IMG/VR virus record: IMGVR_UViG_3300046692_000144
Coordinates: 85,621 to 149,620 of that record
Length of the DNA: 64,000 nucleotides
Strand: one strand, 5' to 3'
Source: a virus
Taxonomy: Duplodnaviria > Heunggongvirae > Uroviricota > Caudoviricetes
The position numbers and the translations under genes are program-made. Positions within the stretch are counted from its first letter, which is position 1. Each line of letters starts with the position of its first letter. The notes beneath the pieces were generated by a model that did no database searches, was not told where the DNA came from, and was given only the letters and a program-made list of their open reading frames with translations. Below, piece by piece: positions 26,388 through 35,800 of this stretch.

Positions 26388-26972
26388 CTATGCCTTACTA
26401 AACGTTATGAATAGATCTCTGAGTTTCAAAGCATCATTCTCTGCGTTCCACGCTTCTTCAATCGTGTAGGGAACAGAGATTTCAACCATGAAGAATTCAG
26501 TGTCTATCTTGCTTTGATGGGTGGGGCTTATCTGCATTGGCAATGCAAAGTCCTTGAATCCCAGCACGTCACAAATGTGAGGGCGGGACCATTGAAGGAT
26601 GTGCATTACCATGTCAGTGAGAACTTCGGCACTGCCTTCGTTACGTGACTTCACGATAACGGTTGCTTGGCCGTTGTATATGAGAAGGTTTCTACGTTTG
26701 TATAGACCTTGTGTCTCAGACATTGGTTGGGCATCAAGCATGTTATCGCTTAACCCTGTCTTCTGAACTGTGACGCTTCCACGGTTTACGAGGATCTGCA
26801 TGTCGTTATCGACATCTTCTTTGTTGATGTCATTGACCATGGAGATATCTATTTTAGACTTCTTCGCATCCGGGTCCCAGTAAAACTGAGCGGCTGGACT
26901 GTAATTGTGGAAGAAGTGTCGAATAGGCTCAAGGATTAGTCGGCCAACGCCTATAGGGGACATCCGTCTCAT
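26388..26972 (-). CDS. Tail terminator/completion-like protein
   Basis: 194 aa between neck genes and sheath; assigned by position. Confidence 0.45.
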   Translation of the reverse strand: MRRMSPIGVGRLILEPIRHFFHNYSPAAQFYWDPDAKKSKIDISMVNDINKEDVDNDMQILVNRGSVTVQKTGLSDNMLDAQPMSETQGLYKRRNLLIYNGQATVIVKSRNEGSAEVLTDMVMHILQWSRPHICDVLGFKDFALPMQISPTHQSKIDTEFFMVEISVPYTIEEAWNAENDALKLRDLFITFSKA

Positions 26973-27814
26973 AGGTTGTAGTTCTCAGATAATTGGTACT
27001 CTACGTAGTTCTTCGGAAGTTCAACCAATTGAAATCTCTGGCTGACACCCTTGGTCATAAGCTCAGTACTGGCTACTGCATCGATCCGATACATCCTGCG
27101 GTCTTTCTGACGGAACACGATGTCCCACTCATCAAGGTTTGGGAATGAGATCGTCACACCTTGAATGGTGTTGGGCTCACTACGACCAAGCTCAGTAAGG
27201 TTCGTTGCGTTAGGAGTGGCATCGAACTGGATGAGAGTCTTGTACGGTTCCATGTAGCCACCGCTCCATCCTGTGCCAAAGCACTCTGGACACCTATCGT
27301 TGGTTACTTTTAGGTTGCGGTCGTCCCAGCAGGTAGCACATCTCATACCGAAGTTCTTACGTTTGAAAACGTACGACTCTACGCCCATGAACTTACGGAG
27401 CATCAACCAGAAACGTCTCTGGATCTCAATGCTTCGTAGCTCCACCCAACGACTTTGATGACGCTGCCAGGTAGTAGGGACTGAACGCAGAAGAGCATCG
27501 TTCTTATCGTGGAGTATGACTTCGACGATGAAATAGGACTCGTGATACTTCGAGAACTTACGGTGAGAGGTATCTACGAAGAACAGACCCGTGATGGGTG
27601 TGGCGTTCATCTTCTCGAATGAGCCTGTCTCGGAATCACTCTTGTAAACGTTGAATGAGCAATTACCCCAGTCAGAGGGGATCTTCCAAGTTAGATCTGC
27701 TGACTCAAACCAATGAGGAAGAACGTCAACATCTATCTTTGGATTCTCAATGGTTGCAAGAGCCCCGCCCTTATAGAAGAACGAGGAGTACAGTACTCCG
27801 GGACGCAGTCTCAT
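26969..27814 (-). CDS. Neck / head-completion-like protein with zinc finger
   Basis: RCATCW...RCPECFGTGW; position in the head-tail cluster. Confidence 0.5.
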   Translation of the reverse strand: MRLRPGVLYSSFFYKGGALATIENPKIDVDVLPHWFESADLTWKIPSDWGNCSFNVYKSDSETGSFEKMNATPITGLFFVDTSHRKFSKYHESYFIVEVILHDKNDALLRSVPTTWQRHQSRWVELRSIEIQRRFWLMLRKFMGVESYVFKRKNFGMRCATCWDDRNLKVTNDRCPECFGTGWSGGYMEPYKTLIQFDATPNATNLTELGRSEPNTIQGVTISFPNLDEWDIVFRQKDRRMYRIDAVASTELMTKGVSQRFQLVELPKNYVEYQLSENYNL

Positions 27815-27818
27815 TTAC

Positions 27819-28265
27819 TCACCAAAGAGGGAAGCTAGCTTGGTCACTACTTACGCTACCCCAGCCATCTTCGATGTTGAGGTGTTGCTTCAACCGTCCT
27901 ACCGAAGATAGGAAGGTAGACTGAAATTGGGCTGCCATACCTTGGTATAGCTGCATACGTTCTTCGATTGGCAGAGTGATACCGCCATCGCTGTAGCTCA
28001 TAGTGTTACGAGCCAAAAGGGCAGCCTGGCCTTCGAACAGTTTCCAGAGAACCCCAGACATGAGGATCGCCTTGCCTGCCCGAAGGAAGCTGTTTATCGA
28101 GACCGCACCGATAGGCGGGGTCATATTGTATTCCGAGATTGCCAACTCAGCGGCCAGTGAAATGCGGGTGTCGCTGAACTCAACGCCATCAAGTAAATGG
28201 TTATTTTCGACGTAATCAGCGATAAACTCTCGGACTTCATCTGGGGTTATTACTGGAGTTGACAT
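27819..28265 (-). CDS. Head-tail adaptor-like protein
   Basis: 148 aa helical; position downstream of the capsid gene. Confidence 0.45.
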   Translation of the reverse strand: MSTPVITPDEVREFIADYVENNHLLDGVEFSDTRISLAAELAISEYNMTPPIGAVSINSFLRAGKAILMSGVLWKLFEGQAALLARNTMSYSDGGITLPIEERMQLYQGMAAQFQSTFLSSVGRLKQHLNIEDGWGSVSSDQASFPLW

Positions 28266-28278
28266 CTCGGAATCTCAA

Positions 28279-28662
28279 TTATTCAGCAGTAGGTGCAGCT
28301 TTGGCTTTATTAGCTTTCTTAGTGGCCGGAGCCTCTTCGACTTCTTTAGCTTCCACTACTGCTTCCGGCTCAGCTTCTGGAGCAGGTGCAGGCTCAGATA
28401 CTGCTGGGACGATTGGCTTTGCTTCACCAGGATATTCCGAAGTGCCTGCAGAAGGGGATACTTCGAAAGTCTGGCCACCGTCACCGAAGGAGATCTCCGC
28501 AGGGACTTCGTCATGCAGACTTGCCCAGCGAGCACGCAGAGCGTATGCAGTCTCTTCCGATTCCAGAATGTAGGCATCGGCGTGAAGGTATTTGCCTGGT
28601 TTGATTTCGGCGTATTTACCGACGCTCAGGATGGTGTTGGTAAGGTTGAGAATGTAGGCCAT
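28279..28662 (-). CDS. Hypothetical virion protein with Pro/Ala/Glu-rich tail
   Basis: 127 aa with GAGG SD. Confidence 0.65.
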   Translation of the reverse strand: MAYILNLTNTILSVGKYAEIKPGKYLHADAYILESEETAYALRARWASLHDEVPAEISFGDGGQTFEVSPSAGTSEYPGEAKPIVPAVSEPAPAPEAEPEAVVEAKEVEEAPATKKANKAKAAPTAE

Positions 28663-28677
28663 GTTGTCCTCTTACAA

Positions 28678-29370
28678 TTAGTAGTAATACGATTGAGGAA
28701 GAGCTTCGCTCTTCTTTTTGCCATTGGCGTAAGCGAGACTGATACCTGCAATTCCACCGTAGGCACCTACTCTTGCTTTGCTCTGTTGGCCATGTAGCTT
28801 CTTTAGTTTATCAAGGTTTGCACCAGTCACCATGTCTTTTTGAGACTTTCTTTTGGCGCTGACGAATTTATGATAAGCAGGAGTATTATCCCCGAAAGTA
28901 TCCAAGCCCATTTGTTTGATCTTACCGCCATTGGCAGTGTTCAAAACATCCAGACCAGTGTTAACAACTTTTGCAGTACCCTTGGCAGCCAAGCTACCTG
29001 CTTTTTTAGCGTAGGTCACAGTCTTCTTTGCGAGGCTGACTGAGTTAGAAGCAACTCCCGCCTGCTTGTTCAAGAAGAGTTCTTGCATGTTCTTTGAGGC
29101 TATTCGGTTCTGGTGTTCTCGGTACGCACTCGCCCCGTAGATACCGGCAGCAGCAATCGCAGCCAGCCCTCCACTGGTCTTCATTCTGGCCTTGAAGGTC
29201 CTTTGTCCAGAATTGTGGATGCGCTTAGTCAGACCCTCGACCGTATCATTGTTGGCAATCGCTCGCTCAAAGTGATACTTCCGGGCCGTAAGGTCCTTGT
29301 GTTCTTTACCAGTTAAGTCCTTCCAAAAGTCATACATGGAAGCGGCTTTTTCGAGATATGGATTTGACAT
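28678..29370 (-). CDS. NxYLEK-tagged basic probable internal head protein
   Basis: Starts MSNPYLEKAAS; two Gly/Ala hydrophobic helices. Confidence 0.7.
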   Translation of the reverse strand: MSNPYLEKAASMYDFWKDLTGKEHKDLTARKYHFERAIANNDTVEGLTKRIHNSGQRTFKARMKTSGGLAAIAAAGIYGASAYREHQNRIASKNMQELFLNKQAGVASNSVSLAKKTVTYAKKAGSLAAKGTAKVVNTGLDVLNTANGGKIKQMGLDTFGDNTPAYHKFVSAKRKSQKDMVTGANLDKLKKLHGQQSKARVGAYGGIAGISLAYANGKKKSEALPQSYYY

Positions 29371-29376
29371 GTTTCT

Positions 29377-29382
29377 ATTTTA
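29377..29382 (-). promoter_or_regulatory. Late promoter-like hexamer TAAAAT
   Basis: Exactly 6 nt before ATG 29370. Confidence 0.6.
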
Positions 29383-29403
29383 CCTCGCTAATCTACAGAT
29401 ACG

Positions 29404-29430
29404 AAAAAGGCCCCAAACGAGGGGCCTTTC
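29404..29430 (-). terminator. Intrinsic terminator after the capsid gene
   Basis: AGGCCCC stem-loop followed by a T-tract on the minus strand. Confidence 0.8.
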
Positions 29431-29457
29431 TCTGATTTGCCTTTCGGCCAACTTTGA

Positions 29458-30345
29458 TTAGAAGTTGATAACAGCAGCGCCGTTGACGTTGCCGAAACCG
29501 ATGCCGACAGACTCGTAAGTCTTGAAGGATAGCAGGTCAGCTTCAGTCTTCAGATATACCATCGCGTCTTGCATGATGTACATCTGACCCAGGTACTGGG
29601 TAGGAGCGAAAACGATCATCTGGTTGTTCGGCAGGATATCGTTCTTGTTGGTAACGATGATCTGGTTGCCGTACGGGGTAGCTACACCAGTTTGGCCCAT
29701 GAACAGAGCCGAAGCTGCGTCCGAACCGATCTGGGTGGCTGGCTGAGCCATGAAGTCAGCATACATTTCCTGAGTCATCAGGATCTTGCCGACAGGCAGT
29801 TGCTTAGCCAATAGTTTCTTCACGCCAGCTTGGAAGTTGACCATGTTGAAACCACCAGAGATGGTGTAAACGTTGCTAGCAGCGGTAGCCATTGCCAGGA
29901 CGTTAGCGTAGAAGCTGGTATCTTCTACCTTTTGGATATCTTTAACACTGTTCTCTTGCAGAACGGTGCGGATATCGGTGCGGTAGGTAGCCAGTTCGAA
30001 CTTCGACTTCTTGAACTCTTTACTCTCGATCTTCGAGAAGTTCACGGCGTAACGATCGCCTTTGAAGTAGCGCAGTTCTGCACGACCACGGAAGCCCATC
30101 GAGGCTGCTACCGAATCAGGTTCTTTCTCGATGATGATCTGAGGTTCGTCGGTCAGACCACGATCCAGATCAGCAGCGGTAACCATTTGCGGTTCCATGA
30201 TTTTGCGGGTAAAGCCGTCTTCACGAAGCTTCTGACGCACGAATGCGCTAGCAGCTACCGAAGCTTCCTTCTCCATGCCGTTATCGACCTTATCGATGAA
30301 CGATTGGTTGAGGAATTGAACGTTAGTAGTTTCAGTACCGTACAT
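29458..30345 (-). CDS. Major capsid protein (HK97-like)
   Basis: 295 aa, biased codon usage, strong SD and terminator, downstream of protease, scaffold and decoration genes; N-terminal MEKEAS. Confidence 0.8.
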   Translation of the reverse strand: MYGTETTNVQFLNQSFIDKVDNGMEKEASVAASAFVRQKLREDGFTRKIMEPQMVTAADLDRGLTDEPQIIIEKEPDSVAASMGFRGRAELRYFKGDRYAVNFSKIESKEFKKSKFELATYRTDIRTVLQENSVKDIQKVEDTSFYANVLAMATAASNVYTISGGFNMVNFQAGVKKLLAKQLPVGKILMTQEMYADFMAQPATQIGSDAASALFMGQTGVATPYGNQIIVTNKNDILPNNQMIVFAPTQYLGQMYIMQDAMVYLKTEADLLSFKTYESVGIGFGNVNGAAVINF

Positions 30346-30355
30346 GAGTCGCTCC

Positions 30356-30772
30356 TTATTTAACCAAGATAATCAGTGAGTTATCTTCGGCAACGATTTC
30401 CAGAACGGAGCCAACAACCGGGTCAGTACCAGCTACGCCAAGGGCGAACTTGCCGGACTTAGCAGTGACTTCAGAACCAGGAACGTAGGCACCGGCTGCA
30501 TAGCCAGTCGAAGCGACACGAGCAATGTAGTTGCTCCACAGAACTACGCACTTGCCAACTTGGGCAGACGAAGAACTGTCACCATTACCTTGAACAACAA
30601 CGCCAACTTTGTTAGAGGCGGATGCGCCCGACAGGTCAACGGTACCGTCAGTTTGTTTAGCAACAACATCACCGTTCTTAAGGGTAACGCCTGCTTTGAT
30701 GGGCTCGACGCGATCCAGGGCACCGTCTTGTGGGTAACCGCGAACTACTTCGAAGGCATATTCCATCTTCAT
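30356..30772 (-). CDS. Head decoration/cement protein
   Basis: 138 aa (IKAGVTLKNGDVV...) directly upstream of the capsid gene. Confidence 0.65.
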   Translation of the reverse strand: MKMEYAFEVVRGYPQDGALDRVEPIKAGVTLKNGDVVAKQTDGTVDLSGASASNKVGVVVQGNGDSSSSAQVGKCVVLWSNYIARVASTGYAAGAYVPGSEVTAKSGKFALGVAGTDPVVGSVLEIVAEDNSLIILVK

Positions 30773-30836
30773 ACTAGTTTTCTCTCCTAAAGAGTTTTAC
30801 TAATCTAGGATTAATTCCTAGACTAAGACTGTCCTG

Positions 30837-31361
30837 TCACCGACCTAAACAGAAACGTTCAATCGGGTCCAGTGAATCAGCAGTTGGGCTGCCTGAGCTG
30901 TGACCCATTTCCCACGGGGAACCCGTGATGTGCGCCATTTTTTCCAAAATTCCAGTGTCAGCCATGATCTTAACTTGGTCATTGCTGAAACCGTACGATT
31001 GGAGGTTTTCTGCATCAGGACCAGAAATGGCGGCTGCCTTACTGAACCCTTCGCTATTTTTAATTTTAACTTGCAGATCTGCAATAGTTCCTTCAAGCTC
31101 CTCAATATATGAAGCTGACTTCTCTAATACAGTTACTACAAACTGAGGCTCAATAGTCACCGGTAGGGGAGCCAGGTCTTTAAGCTCTTCAGCTTGTTTG
31201 ACCATGGACAACGAATCTTCCGGGCTAACCCCAGCTTCCACCAAAGCTTCGGCAGCGGCCAGAGTAGTCTGCTCAAAGAGCGCAACTTGCTCAGCCTGCT
31301 TTTCGAGTTGTTCGGTGATTTGCTCCGCTTGTTCACGAAGCAGTTGTGAAATCTCAGACAT
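30837..31361 (-). CDS. Scaffold-like head protein
   Basis: Acidic coiled coil with EKQA/VKQA/EKSAS motifs; start at MSEISQ has a GAGGA SD. Confidence 0.55.
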   Translation of the reverse strand: MSEISQLLREQAEQITEQLEKQAEQVALFEQTTLAAAEALVEAGVSPEDSLSMVKQAEELKDLAPLPVTIEPQFVVTVLEKSASYIEELEGTIADLQVKIKNSEGFSKAAAISGPDAENLQSYGFSNDQVKIMADTGILEKMAHITGSPWEMGHSSGSPTADSLDPIERFCLGR

Positions 31362-31390
31362 CTGGGTGTGTCCTCTGCTATGCATGTATT

Positions 31391-31768
31391 TTAATGCGTC
31401 GAAACAAGTTCGGCTGCTTTGTGAAGGTATTTGTTCTTTCGAGAGTCATCAAGAGCGGCAACGCCCTTCATCGCCCCGTAAGAACCGATAGCTCCTAAAA
31501 CGTGGGCACCGACTTCGCTACCTAGGTGAGTACCTGTGATAACTGCGTCCTTACCGAACAATTTTCGACCTATGGCTTGAGCCATTGGTTTAGCAGCGAT
31601 TAGTTTACCCAGAGGTTTTGAACCTAGACGCCCGCCTATAAGGCCACCGGCAAGACCTGCGGCCACGCCAAGACCTTCTGACAGAGCAAAGGTTTTCTCA
31701 GTACTTGTGCGTTTCGGATTAAGAGGGAGTACCGCTTCAGCGATCTTCTCTAGATATACGTTTGACAT
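31391..31768 (-). CDS. NxYLEK-tagged glycine-zipper protein
   Basis: Starts MSNVYLEKIAE, ends NKYLHKAAE. Confidence 0.7.
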   Translation of the reverse strand: MSNVYLEKIAEAVLPLNPKRTSTEKTFALSEGLGVAAGLAGGLIGGRLGSKPLGKLIAAKPMAQAIGRKLFGKDAVITGTHLGSEVGAHVLGAIGSYGAMKGVAALDDSRKNKYLHKAAELVSTH

Positions 31769-31777
31769 GGTTCACCG

Positions 31778-31800
31778 AAAAAAGGCCCCGAAGGGCCTTC
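31778..31800 (-). terminator. Intrinsic terminator
   Basis: AGGCCC stem with TTCG loop (minus strand) and T-tract. Confidence 0.75.
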
Positions 31801-31807
31801 GTTTGTC

Positions 31808-32227
31808 TTACAGAGAAGCTTGGATCAGAGCAACAGCGTCGTCGAACGAATAACCTTCTTCGGTCAGTTCGTTGAAAGCAGCTTCTTTCTGAAGCTCAAG
31901 ATCGGCATCAGCAACTTGACCGAAAGCGGAGTAGAAATCCATACCACTTTCAACTAGCTCGTTCAGAGCAGCAGCCTTCTGAAGCTCAGCAACACGGTCG
32001 GTAGGAACCACTTCAGCAGATTGAGTTGCCAGGCCACGTTGCAGGGACTCAATAGTCTGGCCTTCAATGGTGTTACCCGATTGAAGAGCCGAGGCATTGA
32101 TAGCCTGTTGAGCAGCAGCGGTAGCTGCGTTCTGTGCGTGATGCAGTTGAGGTTGGGCAGGACCCTGAGTGCCTTCGGAGGCTTCTTTGATCAGGGCACG
32201 GATGTTTTGCATAAGGATATCGGACAT
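31808..32227 (-). CDS. Scaffold-like repeat protein, paralog of part of 32244..33683
   Basis: Two KxAA..EL...G.SF.DA repeats; DNA similarity to ~33030-33300. Confidence 0.65.
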   Translation of the reverse strand: MSDILMQNIRALIKEASEGTQGPAQPQLHHAQNAATAAAQQAINASALQSGNTIEGQTIESLQRGLATQSAEVVPTDRVAELQKAAALNELVESGMDFYSAFGQVADADLELQKEAAFNELTEEGYSFDDAVALIQASL

Positions 32228-32243
32228 TTTGTTCTCTCGGAGA

Positions 32244-33683
32244 TTAGGCCTGGACAGCGGCCAGAGCTTGGTTAAAGGTGTAGCCGTCGTTCATCAGTTC
32301 ACTCATGGCGGCTTCTTTGGTCATAGCTTTTTTAGCTGCTACGCCAGCACCGGCTGCAACAGCAGTACCACCGGCTACGGCAAGTTTACCCTTGTTACGC
32401 TTAACAGCGTTAGAGGCCATATGCTTACCACGAATTTTAGCCATGGTTGGATTGGTTTTGCGCAAACTCTTATATTTAGCCACATCTTTGCCTAGTTGGC
32501 CAACTTCTTTTCGAAGAGGGTCTGCAACTTTGTTAGCAAGACTTTTAATGGTGGAGCCTACGCTAGCTTCTTTGACCAGTTCAACTGCATCATCAAACGA
32601 GTGACCTTCGGCCAAAAGTTCAGACAGTGCAGCTTGCTTGCTCATAGCTTTGTTTACACCTGCGGTAACTGCACCAGCAGCAAGAGATCCACCGGCTACG
32701 CTCAGAGGAATAACGTTGCGCTTCAAAGCACTTTTCAAACGAGCTTTACCGACGGTTGAGGCATCGCCTGGCGAGTGCTGCTTCATGTACTTGTACGCAG
32801 AGACGTCATCTTTAAGGTTGCGACCCTCGGCCTTAACTGCGCCAACAGCAGCGCCGCCTTTAGCCTTGATGGTGTTCAGGGCGCCTTTAGCGAGGTCACC
32901 TAGACCAGCTTCTTTGATCATCTCAGCAGCGTCTTCGAAGCGGTAGCCTTCATCTAGCAGACCCTGGAAAGCAGCTTGCTTGTCCATTTCTTCGTACTGG
33001 GATTCTTCAACTTCAGAAGCAGCTTTGATCAGGGCAACTGCGTCGTCAACCGAATAACCTTCTTCGGTCAAAGCGTGGAAGGCAGCTTCTTTCTGAAGCT
33101 CTTCGTCAGCCATAGATACCAGAGAAGCAGCATCATAGAAAGAGTGGCCTTGGGTGACCAGTTCGGTAACCGCAGCAGCTTTCTGCATGTTGTCTTCTAC
33201 ACGGTCAACGAGGTCTACGCTGGTAGCGGTAGCAGATGGAGTGGTCAAACCTTTCTGAATAGACTCAGTTGTCTGAGATTCAACAGTGCCACCGCTTTGT
33301 TCAGCGTTAGCATTTACTTGGGTCTGGGCAGCGGCGAGTTCAGCATTTTCTTGGTGAGCAAGATGCGGCTGTGCTTCGACGGTGCTGGCTTCTTTGACCA
33401 AAGTGGTTTGTACGGAAGCAGCAAGCTCAGAAAGCTTATCGCCCAGAATTACTTCGGGTTCAGCGACAACTTCAGATGCAGCTTTCTCCATCAGACGTTG
33501 GGCCAGTTGACGGCCTAGGTCACTAGCTTCACCGGCAAGGGCGGAAGCAGACTTAGTCATCAGGGCTGACCGCAGCTCTTCGGCAACGTTCGGAACGTTG
33601 ACTTCAGGAGCTTCGCTAGCCTGCTTCTCTTGACCTTCCGAACCGGACAGATCAGCGATAAGCTGGTTGATATCAAAATTCAT
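32244..33683 (-). CDS. Scaffold/core-like repeat polyprotein
   Basis: Five KxAA..EL..EG.SF.DA repeats and two basic Gly/Ala inserts. Confidence 0.65.
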   Translation of the reverse strand: MNFDINQLIADLSGSEGQEKQASEAPEVNVPNVAEELRSALMTKSASALAGEASDLGRQLAQRLMEKAASEVVAEPEVILGDKLSELAASVQTTLVKEASTVEAQPHLAHQENAELAAAQTQVNANAEQSGGTVESQTTESIQKGLTTPSATATSVDLVDRVEDNMQKAAAVTELVTQGHSFYDAASLVSMADEELQKEAAFHALTEEGYSVDDAVALIKAASEVEESQYEEMDKQAAFQGLLDEGYRFEDAAEMIKEAGLGDLAKGALNTIKAKGGAAVGAVKAEGRNLKDDVSAYKYMKQHSPGDASTVGKARLKSALKRNVIPLSVAGGSLAAGAVTAGVNKAMSKQAALSELLAEGHSFDDAVELVKEASVGSTIKSLANKVADPLRKEVGQLGKDVAKYKSLRKTNPTMAKIRGKHMASNAVKRNKGKLAVAGGTAVAAGAGVAAKKAMTKEAAMSELMNDGYTFNQALAAVQA

Positions 33684-33757
33684 TCTAATTCCTCGTTTCT
33701 TAACCCGGAGTATGGGGCTTAGTTAAGCAAGCCAGGTGCCTGCTACTGATTTCTAGT

Positions 33758-35353
33758 TTAACTCGGATTACCTTTGACGATTTGACTATGAGCTGCGCTA
33801 AGCACCTTCAAAGCCACTGTCAATTTAGCATTTCCTTTACTTGGAGACTGTAACGCAGATACTGCCTTGGACAGAGCCTTGAGCGGTACGGTAGCCTTAC
33901 GATCTTCAAAAGACATTTCATGTGCAGCAGACATGCTTGCCATCTTAACAATGGTAGGCATACTACGTTCCTGGGACTGAGCGAGACGCTTCTCGATTAT
34001 AGAGTTAATGTACGCTTTTGCCCATAGAGCAGCACCGCCAATAGCAATAAGAGTCGAGATCGGATTCTCCGCAGCAGCCTGAAGTAAAGTGCGTTCAGGA
34101 TTCGCCAAGTGTCTCTGGCGATCCAGGTCTCTACGAATATCTTCTTCTCTGATAGGGATTTTAGGACCCATACCGGAATAACCAGTAGTAGTAACGTATG
34201 CACGCTTCTCTACGAACTCAGGGAATAGTGAACTAGTGTCCTGGTACTTACTAAGTACCTGACTAACCAGAGGACTCACTTTACGATCTACGTTCATCTC
34301 AGTATCTGGAATAGAAATACCAGAAAGCTTTGATTCGTGCAGGGCCTTGAGAACCTTCGAACCAATTCCAGGGCCGCCGTGGCCCATACGGAATGCAATG
34401 ATCTCCGCAAGGAACTTCAGGCTAGGGCTGATGCCTAGTTCACCGAAGGTCTGGAAGAGTTCATCCATAGGCACTGATTCGAGCTTACGAACATCCTCAA
34501 TGTCTGGGTCCTGAATCTGAGCAAGGATATTCTCCATGTTCTTATCAGTGCCCTGAACGTAGCCTTCGATCTCTTTGATTAGTTCGGAGACTTTGGCAAG
34601 GGATGCTTTCTTAACTCGATCTTCGCCATAGCTAAGACCTTCTTCTTCACCCAGCAACGCAGAGGATACTGCACCATCTTCGTTTGCAACTTTCTGCAAT
34701 ACCGAGCTGGTGATGTCCGCAGGTTTAACTACGATACTGATGTCGAAGAAACGCAGTGGAGCAGAGTTAATAGACATGACCCGACGGCCATCCGGCATTA
34801 CGCGACCCAAGTGTTGTTTCAGGTGGACGCAGTACTCTTGACGGGTGTGGGCTTTGTTATGGCAAATAGAGCAAACATCGTAGGGTGTCTTACACGCCAT
34901 GGATGTTGCTGGGAAATCACCGGCTGCAATACGACTCTCCACGTCAGAACCAAGACCGCGATCTACTTCTGCAACCAATTCAACTCGGTGCATGCGTTCG
35001 TTGTACAAGGCAAAGATAACCCGACCGATAGCACGGGCAGGATCTTTGTTGATGTGGTGACGGAAAACGTGGGCCGGGGAGGTCTCAAAAGTCTTGTAGT
35101 AGAGCTTCAGAGTTTCTTCAGGGAAGTAGTCGCCATTGCGGTTAGGGCCGTAGAACTCACCGGCCCCCATCGCATTGATATGCAGATACATTTTCCCAGG
35201 CTGAATCTTTAGGTTGTCCATGACGTACGATTTGACTCGATCGTCAGCGGCAGCCTTGGTCAGTTCTTCCTGAATGCCGGGACCGCTCAGGATAGTTACC
35301 TGGAGATCTTCAGCGTCGAAGAATGAACTGCTATCAATGAGTTTGTACATCAA
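33758..35353 (-). CDS. Prohead maturation protease-like protein
   Basis: NRNGDYF, VFRHHINKD...IGRV, ATSMAC..YDVCSIC; heads the head operon. Confidence 0.75.
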   Translation of the reverse strand: MMYKLIDSSSFFDAEDLQVTILSGPGIQEELTKAAADDRVKSYVMDNLKIQPGKMYLHINAMGAGEFYGPNRNGDYFPEETLKLYYKTFETSPAHVFRHHINKDPARAIGRVIFALYNERMHRVELVAEVDRGLGSDVESRIAAGDFPATSMACKTPYDVCSICHNKAHTRQEYCVHLKQHLGRVMPDGRRVMSINSAPLRFFDISIVVKPADITSSVLQKVANEDGAVSSALLGEEEGLSYGEDRVKKASLAKVSELIKEIEGYVQGTDKNMENILAQIQDPDIEDVRKLESVPMDELFQTFGELGISPSLKFLAEIIAFRMGHGGPGIGSKVLKALHESKLSGISIPDTEMNVDRKVSPLVSQVLSKYQDTSSLFPEFVEKRAYVTTTGYSGMGPKIPIREEDIRRDLDRQRHLANPERTLLQAAAENPISTLIAIGGAALWAKAYINSIIEKRLAQSQERSMPTIVKMASMSAAHEMSFEDRKATVPLKALSKAVSALQSPSKGNAKLTVALKVLSAAHSQIVKGNPS

Positions 35354-35790
35354 TCTTCCTTCCTAATAATCGAAGGCCAGTAATCGCCAGCGACATGATT
35401 CCGATACAGATAACTCTTCACAGGACCCTCGGTAGCCGATTCACTGTCCAGAGTCTGAACATTTCCTGCGGAGGCCAGTCCAATGCCAGATACAGCACCC
35501 AAACCATAGCCTATGCCAGCACCTATAACGGAGTTAAGAACTCTGCCTTTCCAAGAACTCGCCATCAATGGTGATGTACCAATTAAACCACCTAGACCTG
35601 CTCCGATTACTCCGAAAACTTTAGCACCATCACTCTTCTGACTTTGGAAGTGGGGTTGCAACTGGGATATAGCAATGCGACGTCTAGCCGCATCCGTCAC
35701 ATGAAACTCCCACTCCCTATCCGGGTCGTTGTACACCCCGTCTTCCAGAGAGACCATTGCTGCAATTTTCTCAAGATAGACGTTAGTCAT
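35350..35790 (-). CDS. NxYLEK-tagged glycine-zipper protein
   Basis: Starts MTNVYLEKIAA; two GxxxG-rich helices. Confidence 0.7.
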   Translation of the reverse strand: MTNVYLEKIAAMVSLEDGVYNDPDREWEFHVTDAARRRIAISQLQPHFQSQKSDGAKVFGVIGAGLGGLIGTSPLMASSWKGRVLNSVIGAGIGYGLGAVSGIGLASAGNVQTLDSESATEGPVKSYLYRNHVAGDYWPSIIRKED

Positions 35791-35800
35791 TAAAACGACC

